From an uncultured virus (IMG/VR IMGVR_UViG_3300031722_000014) (Duplodnaviria > Heunggongvirae > Uroviricota > Caudoviricetes): a stretch of DNA of 64,000 nucleotides. The notes under the pieces are model-generated. The model was given only the letters and a program-made list of their open reading frames with translations. It was not told where the DNA came from and ran no database searches. Location of the stretch: IMG/VR virus record IMGVR_UViG_3300031722_000014; one strand, 5' to 3'. Both the position numbers and the translations under genes were made by a program. This document shows, piece after piece, positions 7,754-18,100 of this stretch; position 1 is the stretch's first letter, and each line of letters starts with the position of its first letter.

Positions 7754-8503
7754 ATGAGCATACAATTACCTACAATAAAAAGTATACCTAAAGTATTAAA
7801 CCCGCGATTCTTAATTTTGTTTGGAAAGCCAAAAACTGGAAAAACAACATTATTGTCAACCCTAGATAACTGCTTAATCGTAGATTTAGAGGGAGGATCG
7901 GAATTTCTAGAAGCAATGGCCGTTCAGGCTAGAAGCGTCGCAGATTTGGGCGAAATTGTGAAGGCAATCAAAGCAAAAATTGTGGAAACAGGAACTAAAC
8001 CATATAAATATATAGCAATAGACAATGCTACCAGATTAGAAGACATGTGCTTGCCATATGCCGCTAGTTTATACAAACAAAATCCTATAGCGAAGAACTG
8101 GACTGGAACTGATGTGAGAACATTAGAAAAAGGTGCAGGTTATCTTTACTTAAGAGAAGCCGTTAAGACGATAATAGACGAATTCAGAAATTTGACCGAT
8201 CATTTTATTTTGATTGGGCATACGAAAGATACGCTAATAACGAAAGACGGACAAGAATTGTCAGAAATGCAAATAGATTTAGTGGGAAAACTTGGAGACA
8301 TAGTTTGCGGAGAAGCAGACGCAGTCGGATATGTATACAGAAAAACAAACGAGACTTTAATTTCGTTTGAAGGAGGAGTAAATTCAGTTAGAGAAGCAAG
8401 AGCGCCACACTTAAGAGGACAGAAAATAGTAATCGCAGATTCCAACACGGAAAATGAGATAACTACCTATTGGGATAAAGTGTTTTTGCCAAGTAACGAT
8501 TAA
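7754..8503 (+). CDS. AAA_24 / Sak4-like P-loop ATPase (putative ssDNA annealing/recombination protein)
   Basis: GKPKTGKT Walker A, DLEGGS, IAIDN, LIGH, DAVGY; adjacent to an SSB-like gene. Confidence 0.8.
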   Translation: MSIQLPTIKSIPKVLNPRFLILFGKPKTGKTTLLSTLDNCLIVDLEGGSEFLEAMAVQARSVADLGEIVKAIKAKIVETGTKPYKYIAIDNATRLEDMCLPYAASLYKQNPIAKNWTGTDVRTLEKGAGYLYLREAVKTIIDEFRNLTDHFILIGHTKDTLITKDGQELSEMQIDLVGKLGDIVCGEADAVGYVYRKTNETLISFEGGVNSVREARAPHLRGQKIVIADSNTENEITTYWDKVFLPSND

Positions 8504-8516
8504 AAAGATATAAATT

Positions 8517-9119
8517 ATGATATTTAATACAAATAACGCTTTTGATTTAAAATCGAAAGACGTTTCATTTCTGGGCGCTGGTATACATGAGAATGTAGAA
8601 TTCGCTGGAGTAAGAAATGAAAAATCAACAAACGGTAATCTATTCATTGAGTTCAAATTTGTAAAGGATGGCGCTGCTTTAACACAGACCGAATATATCC
8701 CTACAAAATTCAACGACCAGACCGATGCTGAGTTTGCTGAAAAAGCAAATAAACAAGCCGCAAGAATATTGCAGATAATGAGTGTATGGTATACAAAGGA
8801 TCAGTTGAGTAATTTCTCATACGATTCATTTGAAGCCTTCTTTAAATGGGTAACTGATTTAATGAATGCGGTTGACAAAACCAAATTAGTTAGATTAAAA
8901 ATTGTCTATGGACAGAATGGTTATACCTCATTACCTAAATACTCTGTATATACGTTTATTGAATCAATGGAAATACCAACAGAAAAGAGTAAAATCGCGA
9001 AGTTGGCAATTGATTTATTCGAAAGACCTGTATTAGGTGATAAAGAAAATGCAGAAAAATCTTCAGCAGAAGTATTTACAGCAACACCGACAGTCGCCAA
9101 TAACGATTTGCCGTTCTAA
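8517..9119 (+). CDS. Putative single-stranded DNA-binding protein
   Basis: C-terminal NNDLPF tail typical of SSBs; lies between the Sak4-like gene and primase. Confidence 0.7.
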   Translation: MIFNTNNAFDLKSKDVSFLGAGIHENVEFAGVRNEKSTNGNLFIEFKFVKDGAALTQTEYIPTKFNDQTDAEFAEKANKQAARILQIMSVWYTKDQLSNFSYDSFEAFFKWVTDLMNAVDKTKLVRLKIVYGQNGYTSLPKYSVYTFIESMEIPTEKSKIAKLAIDLFERPVLGDKENAEKSSAEVFTATPTVANNDLPF

Positions 9120-9122
9120 TAA

Positions 9123-10103
9123 TTGAATAGTATGAACACAAACGTCATACTTAATCCAAAAACAAACAGAATCGAAAAAACCGATATCTTATCGAAGACG
9201 ACAGAATATGCCATTTTCGCTAAATATATCGGTAATTTCAAGATTGGTCATATATATAACAGTCCTCTAAGAGACGATAAAAATCCGTCTTTTGGAATAT
9301 TTGTTAGCAACAAGACCGGGGCCTTACTTTACAAAGATATGGCCAGTGGTGATTGTGGAGACGTTTTTAATTTTGTAAAAAAATACAAAAACTTATCAAC
9401 ATACAGTGAGACCTTAAAGATAGTCTTTGACGATATGTCAATAGAGTCCTTATCGGATAATATGACAGATAAGAAGAGAACTTATCAAGCAAAGGAAAAA
9501 CACATAGCTGTAGTCAGAAAGCCATTTACGCAAGTAGATAAGGAGTTCTGGGAACAGTTCTGTATAACAGCAGATACATTGAAATTATACAAGGTAGACC
9601 CTATACAAAAATACCTAGTTGACAATTTGGTAAAATCCAAATATGAAAACGATAACCCAATGTATTGCTATAAAGTATTTAACAAGTTTAAAATTTACAA
9701 ACCGTATGAAACGAAGCTAAACAAGTGGAGAGGAAATCTTAGCGCACTAGACATATTTGGATTTGAGCAATTGCCCGAATCTGGAGACTTATTAATTATT
9801 ACTAAGTCTTTAAAAGACATTATGGTGCTAAAAGAATTGGGATATAATGCAGTTGCTCCTTCGAGCGAAAGCACTATCATACCAAAAGCGGTTATAGACA
9901 ATTTAAAATCAAGATTCACAAGAATATTAGTTTTTTATGATAGAGATAAAACAGGAATGAAATTTGCAAGGCAGTTATGCTCTGAATATAATTTCCATGC
10001 GATCTTTATAAATAAGAAACACAAAACAAAGGACATTAGTGATTTAGTCAAGAAAATAGGATATGTGAAAGCATTAACTGTCCTTGAAGAAATGATTAAT
10101 TAA
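9123..10103 (+). CDS. dnaG: DnaG-like primase (TOPRIM); start may be ATG at 9131
   Basis: SPLRDDKNPSF and YKD..SG..GD N-terminal motifs; ITKSLKD, YDRDKTG and KDISD TOPRIM motifs. Confidence 0.85.
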   Translation: MNSMNTNVILNPKTNRIEKTDILSKTTEYAIFAKYIGNFKIGHIYNSPLRDDKNPSFGIFVSNKTGALLYKDMASGDCGDVFNFVKKYKNLSTYSETLKIVFDDMSIESLSDNMTDKKRTYQAKEKHIAVVRKPFTQVDKEFWEQFCITADTLKLYKVDPIQKYLVDNLVKSKYENDNPMYCYKVFNKFKIYKPYETKLNKWRGNLSALDIFGFEQLPESGDLLIITKSLKDIMVLKELGYNAVAPSSESTIIPKAVIDNLKSRFTRILVFYDRDKTGMKFARQLCSEYNFHAIFINKKHKTKDISDLVKKIGYVKALTVLEEMIN

Positions 10104-10109
10104 ACAGAA

Positions 10110-10170
10110 GGGCATTAGCTCGGAAGTTAAGCATTAGAAATAGTGTTACAGGAGCGAGACCTGTATGCCC
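10110..10170 (+). ncRNA. tRNA-like element (61 nt, not a canonical tRNA)
   Basis: GGGCAT/ATGCCC acceptor-like stem, TAGCTC D-arm-like start, GCATTA-GAAA-TAGTGT hairpin, ACAGG-AGCGAGA-CCTGT T-arm-like hairpin. Confidence 0.5.
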
Positions 10171-10229
10171 GACTAGATAGGGGCAGAGAAAATAAGTATT
10201 ATTATTAACAAATTTACAAATTATATCAA

Positions 10230-11450
10230 ATGATTATCAAAACTGATAACAAAAATACATATTTGATTACCCCGGAAGAAATTAATAACTTCTTCGGTAT
10301 CAAAACCAACAAACTTGTTTTAATCGACAAAAACTCTATGGAATTCATTATTGAAGATAGCGGTAAATCGCTGACTGATGGTTCTTGGGGAGAAGAAAAA
10401 TTGGACGGACGTAAGTTCCGAAAATTGAAAAAACAGATTATCGAACAATTCGGTGATATTCGATTACACGAGTACAAAACAACTAACAAAGTATATGAAA
10501 CATTAAGTCAGAAGTTTATTAACACTTCCGGCGTTTCAGAAGTAATCAAGAACTCTCTTGCTAATGATATGAATCTCATATTGTATGGCAAAGGTGGATT
10601 TGGTAAATCTGAATTTATGGATATGCTTTTTAGTTGTCCGGAATTAAAGGAACGAGTATTTATTAAATCTCTTTCCGAAGCAACAACAGAAGAAGATCTG
10701 TTCGGCGGTATCAACATTAAACAAATGACTGAAACCGGCGTAATCGAATACAATTGCGAAAACTCTTTTGCAAATAAAGAAATCGTAATTTTCGAGGAAA
10801 TATTTGACGCCAATCCACGTGTTTTGGCTGCATTGAAAGACACATTGACTTCGAAAGAAATCCGAAACGGAAACCAACGCTTTCCAATGAAAACCAAAAT
10901 TATCATTGGTCTGACAAACAAAACTTATGAAGAAGTTATCCAAGATGACTCTACAGAAGCTTTGACTCAACGTTTTCCAGTTTCATTAAAAGTACAGTAC
11001 AAAATGACAAAATTGAATACCGCCAGCCTTGTGTTGAATCGCTATCCAAATTTTGATGGAGCAAAACTTGCAGCAATCGTTGAGACAATCAATGATATGG
11101 CAGACTATACTCCGCGTAAAGTATTGGAAATGTCAAAATACATTAAAGATTTGCAGATAATCAAGACTCGTAATTACGATGAGAAGATTACCAACAACTT
11201 TATGTTACCCGTAATTAATTATTTGAAAAATAAGTCGAATATCGACCACAACAAAGTATTATTTGAATCCATTGTAACTACGAAGAGTGCCGTGAAAGCC
11301 GAGGAAATAAGAGATTATGACTCGTTCATGGACATTAATCACAGTTTAGGAATCATGCGAAATGCTTTTGTGAATGGAGCAAAAATTCCAAATAATGTAG
11401 ATTCGGAAATTGAAGAATTTGTACAATTACTTCTAAAGAAAGCAGCATAA
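10230..11450 (+). CDS. MoxR/RavA-like AAA+ ATPase
   Basis: Walker A GKGGFGKS, T.EEDLFG, Walker B IVIFEE, TN sensor, EALTQRF arginine finger; followed by a VWA gene. Confidence 0.85.
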   Translation: MIIKTDNKNTYLITPEEINNFFGIKTNKLVLIDKNSMEFIIEDSGKSLTDGSWGEEKLDGRKFRKLKKQIIEQFGDIRLHEYKTTNKVYETLSQKFINTSGVSEVIKNSLANDMNLILYGKGGFGKSEFMDMLFSCPELKERVFIKSLSEATTEEDLFGGINIKQMTETGVIEYNCENSFANKEIVIFEEIFDANPRVLAALKDTLTSKEIRNGNQRFPMKTKIIIGLTNKTYEEVIQDDSTEALTQRFPVSLKVQYKMTKLNTASLVLNRYPNFDGAKLAAIVETINDMADYTPRKVLEMSKYIKDLQIIKTRNYDEKITNNFMLPVINYLKNKSNIDHNKVLFESIVTTKSAVKAEEIRDYDSFMDINHSLGIMRNAFVNGAKIPNNVDSEIEEFVQLLLKKAA

Positions 11451-12670
11451 TGATAGCAGGTCATAACAATGATCAATGCTTAGCAGACGTAAAATATAAT
11501 CTCACAGAAGAACAATGTTTCAAAATAGTTTCAACTAAAAAAGCAATGAAATCGGAACTAGACCGAATGACTCGCGAAGAAAAAGAAACAGGAGTTAAGA
11601 ATCCGCAGAAGGCCTCTACGAATTTTATGCTTCAAAATTTTGATAAAGTTGTTCTTCCGAGTATTTATAATAATGTCGGAGGATATGAAACTCAAACGTC
11701 TTTTCATAAAGGACCAGATGGAGAACCAAGTGAAACCCTTAAGGATGTATCTAGAGCTATGGACGTAATCGCCCAAGGTGCCAAATACGAAGAGGGAAGT
11801 ATACTGGACAAAACTATAACTTCAATGTACAATCAGTACAAAGATGTTACTATAGAAGCTCCAACTGAAAAAGAAATGAAGAAACAGATGGAAGAGAAAG
11901 AACCGAAAGGCGGAAGTGGCCATAAACCACCAGAAGGCCCAGAGAATCCATTGCAAGCATTATCAGCATACAAGCAGTTAGAAGAATGGTTTGAGTCGAT
12001 TAAAACTTCAGACGCAACAAAGAAGAAATTTCAACCAATTTCAAAGATGTCGGACTTGCAAAAGGTATCGGCAATTGAATTTGTGAAACCTCGAGGACTA
12101 TTAATGAAAAAAATAGTTAACAGAGAACTTTATTGCAAACAGAGCGTCCCCGCGGATCGCTTTATGAATACTATAATCGACTTCTCACCAAGTATGTCAA
12201 GTTTCAATAAATGGAGAAATCTATTACTTGAAAGAATTTACGAAGATTGTGAAAAAATGAACATTACGTTCGAAAACACATTCTGGGATACAAATTTATA
12301 TCCAGGAGGATCTTATGGACCTCAGACTATTAAATCAAAGAAAGACTTGAAAGAGAAAGTCCTTGATTCTTTCCCTAGAGGAAATGGAACGGATATGGAA
12401 ACAAGCACAATTCAAAAATTACAATTATTAAAAAAGACTAAAGCAAAACAATATCTACTTGTTATTTCTGATGGTGACGGTTCAATAGACCGAAATGCCG
12501 CAATGATATACAAGTTATGTGCTGAAAAGAACATAGATATTAAGTTTGCTTTATTTACGGATGATAGTACTATGAACGGAATAAAGAAGTCCGACATATT
12601 TCAAATCTTCCAGAACGGAGATAACAATGAAAACAATAAATCAACACCATTCAGCTGGACCATTGGGTAA
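11450..12670 (+). CDS. VWA-domain protein, partner of the MoxR ATPase
   Basis: MIDAS-like DFSPSM, GNGTD, LVISDGD; TAATG overlap with the ATPase gene. Confidence 0.8.
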   Translation: MIAGHNNDQCLADVKYNLTEEQCFKIVSTKKAMKSELDRMTREEKETGVKNPQKASTNFMLQNFDKVVLPSIYNNVGGYETQTSFHKGPDGEPSETLKDVSRAMDVIAQGAKYEEGSILDKTITSMYNQYKDVTIEAPTEKEMKKQMEEKEPKGGSGHKPPEGPENPLQALSAYKQLEEWFESIKTSDATKKKFQPISKMSDLQKVSAIEFVKPRGLLMKKIVNRELYCKQSVPADRFMNTIIDFSPSMSSFNKWRNLLLERIYEDCEKMNITFENTFWDTNLYPGGSYGPQTIKSKKDLKEKVLDSFPRGNGTDMETSTIQKLQLLKKTKAKQYLLVISDGDGSIDRNAAMIYKLCAEKNIDIKFALFTDDSTMNGIKKSDIFQIFQNGDNNENNKSTPFSWTIG

Positions 12671-13102
12671 TAATATTACTCATATGAATCTAGACGAATT
12701 AGATAATGAAGAACATTAATACTCAAATCCAGTATTTGAAATTAAAACTTTATTATCTAGCCTATTAAGCACAACATTGACAATGCTACTAATTGTATAG
12801 TTGAGCAGCGATGCAGATATTAGATAAATAATCACATATTTCAATATGTGTGATATTCAATAAATGCTTGCTTGCAATGATACAGAGCTAAGTGACCAAC
12901 TGTTTACAGCGTCCATAAAATACCTCATAGCGATTAGTGAACCGGGAGTGTGTCCCGGATAGGTAACTAAGACGAAAGTCTACAATATTTAGTACGGCAT
13001 ACTAAGTTGAAAAAGGGTTAGCCATTTTTATAAAGAGTACTACAAAATGCATGTGAATGTACAGGTTTTACTCTTTATAATTTACATTTAAAAACAAAGA
13101 AC

Positions 13103-13516
13103 ATGAAAAAGAATTTTTTATATAATTTCCTATCTAAAAAGTTGCAGAAACAATTAGATGAGCTGAAGTACAAATTAAATAGAGAGGCAGAAGAATTAGA
13201 ATTCGAAAAAAGAAAAACTAATTTTTGGTCAGACAAAGACAATATATACTACGAAGATAATTTGAAACGAGAAAGAGAAAAACTTCGACTTGAAAATTCG
13301 AATTTACAAAAAGAACTTGATATGAAAAAACAAGTATTTGATGCAGATTTAAAGATCAAAGAAGTATTACTAAAAGAATCCTCTGCAGTATTAGGAGAAA
13401 AACGAATCGCGTTAGAATTAATTGCAGACAGCAGATTGAATGAAATTAAACGTTTGACAAAAATCATAGAAGATTTAACTTCGAAGCTTGGAAATAAAGT
13501 AGAAATAATTAAATAA
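13103..13516 (+). CDS. Coiled-coil hypothetical protein
   Basis: 137-aa K/E/L-rich ORF. Confidence 0.75.
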   Translation: MKKNFLYNFLSKKLQKQLDELKYKLNREAEELEFEKRKTNFWSDKDNIYYEDNLKREREKLRLENSNLQKELDMKKQVFDADLKIKEVLLKESSAVLGEKRIALELIADSRLNEIKRLTKIIEDLTSKLGNKVEIIK

Positions 13517-13520
13517 GAAG

Positions 13521-14522
13521 ATGAATATAACTATACCATATTACGAAGACAATTCCAGAGTGAGCAATAGCTCATTAGGGTGGTTTTTAGCAAGTCCAAG
13601 ATACTTCAAGGATATGATAGATGGTAAAGAAGTCTTCACAGCAACGAAAGCAATGGAGAATGGGACAATGACCCATATGTACTTGCTTCAACCAGATGAA
13701 TTTAAGAAGACATATAAGATATTAAACTTCGAAACACCTACTTCCCCTCAACAGAAAAAATTCTGCCAGGAATACATAGCTAGCATAGCCCCCACAGCCA
13801 TTTTAAAGGCTTCTGAGGCATTTAAAGATAGTTATAGTACAAATGGTAGACCTGAAGAAGAGATAGGCAAGAAAGGGCTAGAAATGGCCTTAAAATTGAA
13901 GTCGTATATTAAGTGGTTACGAGCCGGGGGCAACTCTGGAACTACAATCACATGGTCGGCACTGAATTCATTAAAGAAAACAAAAGAGAACGTTCAACTT
14001 CATAAGAAGGCAAGCGAACTCTTATTTAATAACGGGAATTCACCGAAGTTTGAAGCTCATAATGAATTTCACATAAATTGGGATATAACATTGAAAAGTG
14101 GAAACACCATACAATGTAAATCCTTAATTGACAGACTGATAATAGACCATGAAAACAAAATAGTCAAATTAGTAGACATTAAGACCACTGCAGATGTTAA
14201 CGCATTTGCAAAATCATTTAATGAATACGACTATGGAAGACAAATGGCATTCTATTGGGCTGCAATTTACTGGTACTTTACTAACGAATTACATATTGAT
14301 ATATTCGACTACAAACATGAAACAAACATAGTAGCCATTCAAAATAATGGAAACTGTGCATGTAGAGTGTTTAGCGTACCAGACTCAGTTATTACTAACA
14401 AATCAGAACAAATATTACAAATCTTAGCAGAAATTGATTGGCATAACAGTCAAAATATGTGGGATTACACGAGAGAATACTACGAAGGTGATGGTGTAGA
14501 ATCATTACTAAATGAATATTAA
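13521..14522 (+). CDS. PD-(D/E)XK nuclease, RecE/DUF3799-like exonuclease
   Basis: SNSSL, GT..H, KSLIDRL, VDIKTT, YDYGRQMAFY. Confidence 0.85.
   Translation: MNITIPYYEDNSRVSNSSLGWFLASPRYFKDMIDGKEVFTATKAMENGTMTHMYLLQPDEFKKTYKILNFETPTSPQQKKFCQEYIASIAPTAILKASEAFKDSYSTNGRPEEEIGKKGLEMALKLKSYIKWLRAGGNSGTTITWSALNSLKKTKENVQLHKKASELLFNNGNSPKFEAHNEFHINWDITLKSGNTIQCKSLIDRLIIDHENKIVKLVDIKTTADVNAFAKSFNEYDYGRQMAFYWAAIYWYFTNELHIDIFDYKHETNIVAIQNNGNCACRVFSVPDSVITNKSEQILQILAEIDWHNSQNMWDYTREYYEGDGVESLLNEY
13790..13900. repeat. Dispersed bipartite phased DNA motif, copy D (more degenerate, intragenic)
   Basis: Arms GCCATTTTAAAGGCTTCTGAGGCATTTAAAG and AAGAAAGGGCTAGAAATGGCCTTAAAAT with ~11-bp phasing; reverse strand has the CTTTCTT core. 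Confidence 0.4.
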
Positions 14523-15048
14523 AGAAGAATACAATCTATCCTTGTTTCTATTGCTGCCATTGGTATCAATAGAGGACAAAAGAGCAGAGGACTATTTAGA
14601 AGGATATTCAAAAGCTTTAGTAAATGCATTTCATTACGACATTAACAAGCCTTATTTAGACAATCATATACACATAGTATTTGATACACTGCTATTTAGG
14701 GAAAGAGAAGTCGCAACTATTAAAGACAAGTCAGAGCTCGAAAAGATTTCGTCATACCAACTATCAGGAATATATGTAAAATCATATGCTTTAAGAATAG
14801 CAGAGGAATATAGCTCAAGTTTAGAATTAATACTTAAAAATAAAGCGTTCAATTTGGCGCCAGAAATAAAAGTAAAAATACTGAAGTTTTGGGATATGCC
14901 TGTAAATTCTATCCTATTCGACACACTATATGTAAATCCAAAAATGGATATTTCGAAAGAGATACTACCAGAAGAGGATTACCTAGAGGACGAAGAAGAA
15001 GGAAAGCAATACGTTACTAACTTTTCACTGAGAAGCGATTGGGATTAA
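14512..15048 (+). CDS. Hypothetical protein (last gene of the plus arm)
   Basis: 178-aa ORF overlapping the nuclease stop codon. Confidence 0.8.
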   Translation: MNIKEEYNLSLFLLLPLVSIEDKRAEDYLEGYSKALVNAFHYDINKPYLDNHIHIVFDTLLFREREVATIKDKSELEKISSYQLSGIYVKSYALRIAEEYSSSLELILKNKAFNLAPEIKVKILKFWDMPVNSILFDTLYVNPKMDISKEILPEEDYLEDEEEGKQYVTNFSLRSDWD

Positions 15049-15052
15049 AAGA

Positions 15053-15088
15053 AAAAGCCGATACATAAATTAATATGCACCGGCTTTT
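15053..15088. terminator. Bidirectional terminator between the convergent arms
   Basis: AAAAGCCG...CGGCTTTT inverted repeat with A and T tracts on both sides. Confidence 0.7.
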
Positions 15089-15142
15089 ATACTTTGTTGT
15101 TTTTTTGCTTTCGCTTTCAACTCCTTGCAGCATAAACCACGA

Positions 15143-18100
15143 TTATTCCTCTTTCTTCAAATGTTTTATCTTCATATTGATTCCGCGAGACTTCATTGCT
15201 TTTTTCCTTTTGTTGATTCTAGTATCTCTCTTATCTTGCTCAGTTTCTTTATATCCAAGTGGTTTATAAGTATTTTCACTCTTGTCTATCATTTTTTTGT
15301 TCTCGAATTTCTGATATTCTAAGTCTTTTATCTCATTTTTATTGCTCTTGACAGGATCTATAAGATTCCATACGCCTTGAGTTAAATCGTAGATACCCGA
15401 CATATTTTTACTCATAAAATAAGCATTTGCTTTTAAATCTGGCTTAACAAAATTCTGGAAATAGTTTCTATATCCTGGAGTAAGTTTAATAAGTGATTTC
15501 TTCCATTTAGGAATATACATATATCTACCAGATTGCACGTCCTGAGTAAACAATGTTCCGTCAAATATACCATCTGATATTTCCTTTAGTTCCGTGATTG
15601 GACCTTGAACGGTAGTGGTATTCTGAATCAGGCCTATTGCGTCAACCGCAGATAATGTAGATCCAAGCTCCATGTTCGTTCTCATAATCATTACATACAG
15701 GAACATAGCCCAAGACCTTTTTTTGTCGTCATCCGAACCGCCAGTCATTGTTCCAGCAAATAGTGTGGCCGCAGATACTGCAATCAACATTAATACGTCA
15801 GTCAAGGTTTTTCTAAAGTTATACAATTCATTTGGCTCAAAACTGTCTTGCATTCCATTCATTTTAGTTAAATGAAGCAATTTAAATTTTCCAAGCTCTC
15901 CTAATTTTTCGGCTAAAAAGCTCATTAAGATCTTAGTTGAAGTTTTTGGATTTCTAAGATTACCAGCAGTCATTTGCTTTAGTCTATAATTCCATTTTTT
16001 AGAAGATAGTCTCTGTCTAATTGCAACCTGCATCCAGCCTTTATTTAAGGTAAATGCCGATCCAAATGCATCTGCGTGCAAAGCACTCTTATCTGCATGA
16101 GTTAATGTTCCGTCTAACTTACTTCCTAAACTATGAATTACATTTGCTGCATAATTCCATGTTCTTTCGTCCATGGCTCCCGCATAGGCTTGTTTAATCT
16201 TCAAATTGCCATCCTTTACTTCAAATGCATCGTACATATTATTGTCCATAGCATCAAATACTAATTCTCCTTCAGATCTCTTTCCTGGGAACCTTTCTTT
16301 TATGAATTGCTCTCTAGAATAGAATTTATCTTCAAACATTTTAAAGTTACTTAATACTCCTACCATCATAGGTCCTTTTACAGCCAAGTCACCAGCAGTA
16401 TATGGTCCGTAATGGAAGTTGGATAATAAGTTCTTTGTAAACGATAGTCCATGCAAATTCTGCATATCCCTGTGCTGAGATTTAGTTACCTCAAGAGCTC
16501 TCATGAACGTTATTAGCTTATTGTTAGAATAAGAATGCAAATCGGAAGTGACCAAACTAGGAAGTGCTAATGCTAGTTCCCTCATTCCTTTGTTTAATCC
16601 ACCATTATTCAACCATATTCCACATACAGCCTCTGTTTTTAAATTCACAGCTGAAGCGGTAAAGTTACCAACAATAGAAGGGACGTTCATTGACAATACA
16701 AGCTTCCTTACATAGTTCACAAACCCTCTTACTGGTTTAGCCATTGATATAGACCTAGTACCTTTAAGAACTTTCATTCCATATTGGTTAGCCATTTGAT
16801 CTCCATAAACAGTATTCGAGACAAAGTTCTGAGCTCTATTATATATATTGCTTTGACCAGGTCCTTTTATCTCTTTATTTTTACTATCCTTTACTGACAG
16901 TCTCTTAATAGCACTCAACATAGTCTCTATGTCGTCTGCATGCTTAGACATTTCACTAAAGTTAACCGCAGCTTTATAATATTCTTCGAAAGCTCCAAGT
17001 AAATCTCTAGATATTGAATCCCTATCATCAAGCATCTGTCTATATTTAGTAGGAACAAACCTTACCTTACTTCCGTCAACTCCATAGTTTCCTTTAGTGT
17101 CGTAATCTCCATCTATATAGTCATATGGTCTCCATCTAACCTGATCCTTCAATGCTTCTATAAGTCCAGACAAGAATCTATCTCCTTTAGTTACTCTTTC
17201 GAAGAACTTTCCAGGAATCTGCGCCAGTCTGTATTTAGACGGTCTTTGTATATAGTCATAGTTAGAATTAGCCTTTTCGTATGCGGATATCAATTTATCA
17301 TGGAAATCTCTTTTAGAAGGGTTGTTACGCATTCTATTATATGCATGAGAATTGTCATACTTGTCTCTTCTTGGAACCATTCCTTCTTCCGACTCATCTA
17401 TATCAAAGTTCTTATTGATATATTCAGACTGAGGATCCATTTCAGACCACAAAGAATTAGGTTCACTAAATATCATACTAGCATCCTTAGGCATAAGCTT
17501 AGTCCAATGAGAGTATAATTGTCTATATCCATTAGAATCTACATATGTAGTTCTTCTATCGAAGTCTATCATGGCCTGAGGATTTGTTAATGCCTCATTA
17601 GCCACCGATCTCAATAGCTTCTTATATTCGTCAGATGGCTCAATCTTAGCTATATCCTTGAACCCTAATCCAGGCTTTGGAGGATATTGAAGTCTCGCAT
17701 TAGTCATAGCCAAATCAAGCTTCTTAACAGTCTCTGCAAGAGTTTCTCCTTTTGTATTTCTAATAGATTCTAATAATTGAGCTGGAACCTCACCAGTATC
17801 CTGATTTCTATATAAGTTTAGAATTGCCTTTCTCTTCTCATACAAGTCGTCATATACAGGTATCTGAGGATTCTTTTCCATTGAGGTCAATTGATCCCAG
17901 AATTTCTGTTCAAATGATATTTTAGTATTTTGTTTCCACCAAAGATCAGCATCCTCAGCAGACATGTTTTTTAATACTTCTTTATATGTCTTATCAAATA
18001 ACTCATTTCTAGTCTGATAGTCAATACCTTTATTGATTTTCTTATAGAATTCAGATATTTCATTAGCAATCTGTCTATCTAATCCACCAGGCATCTTCTC

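Noticed and set aside
10110..10170. Canonical tRNA gene
   Set aside because: Too short, no 7-nt anticodon loop, no TTC in the T-loop, no CCA; kept only as tRNA-like.
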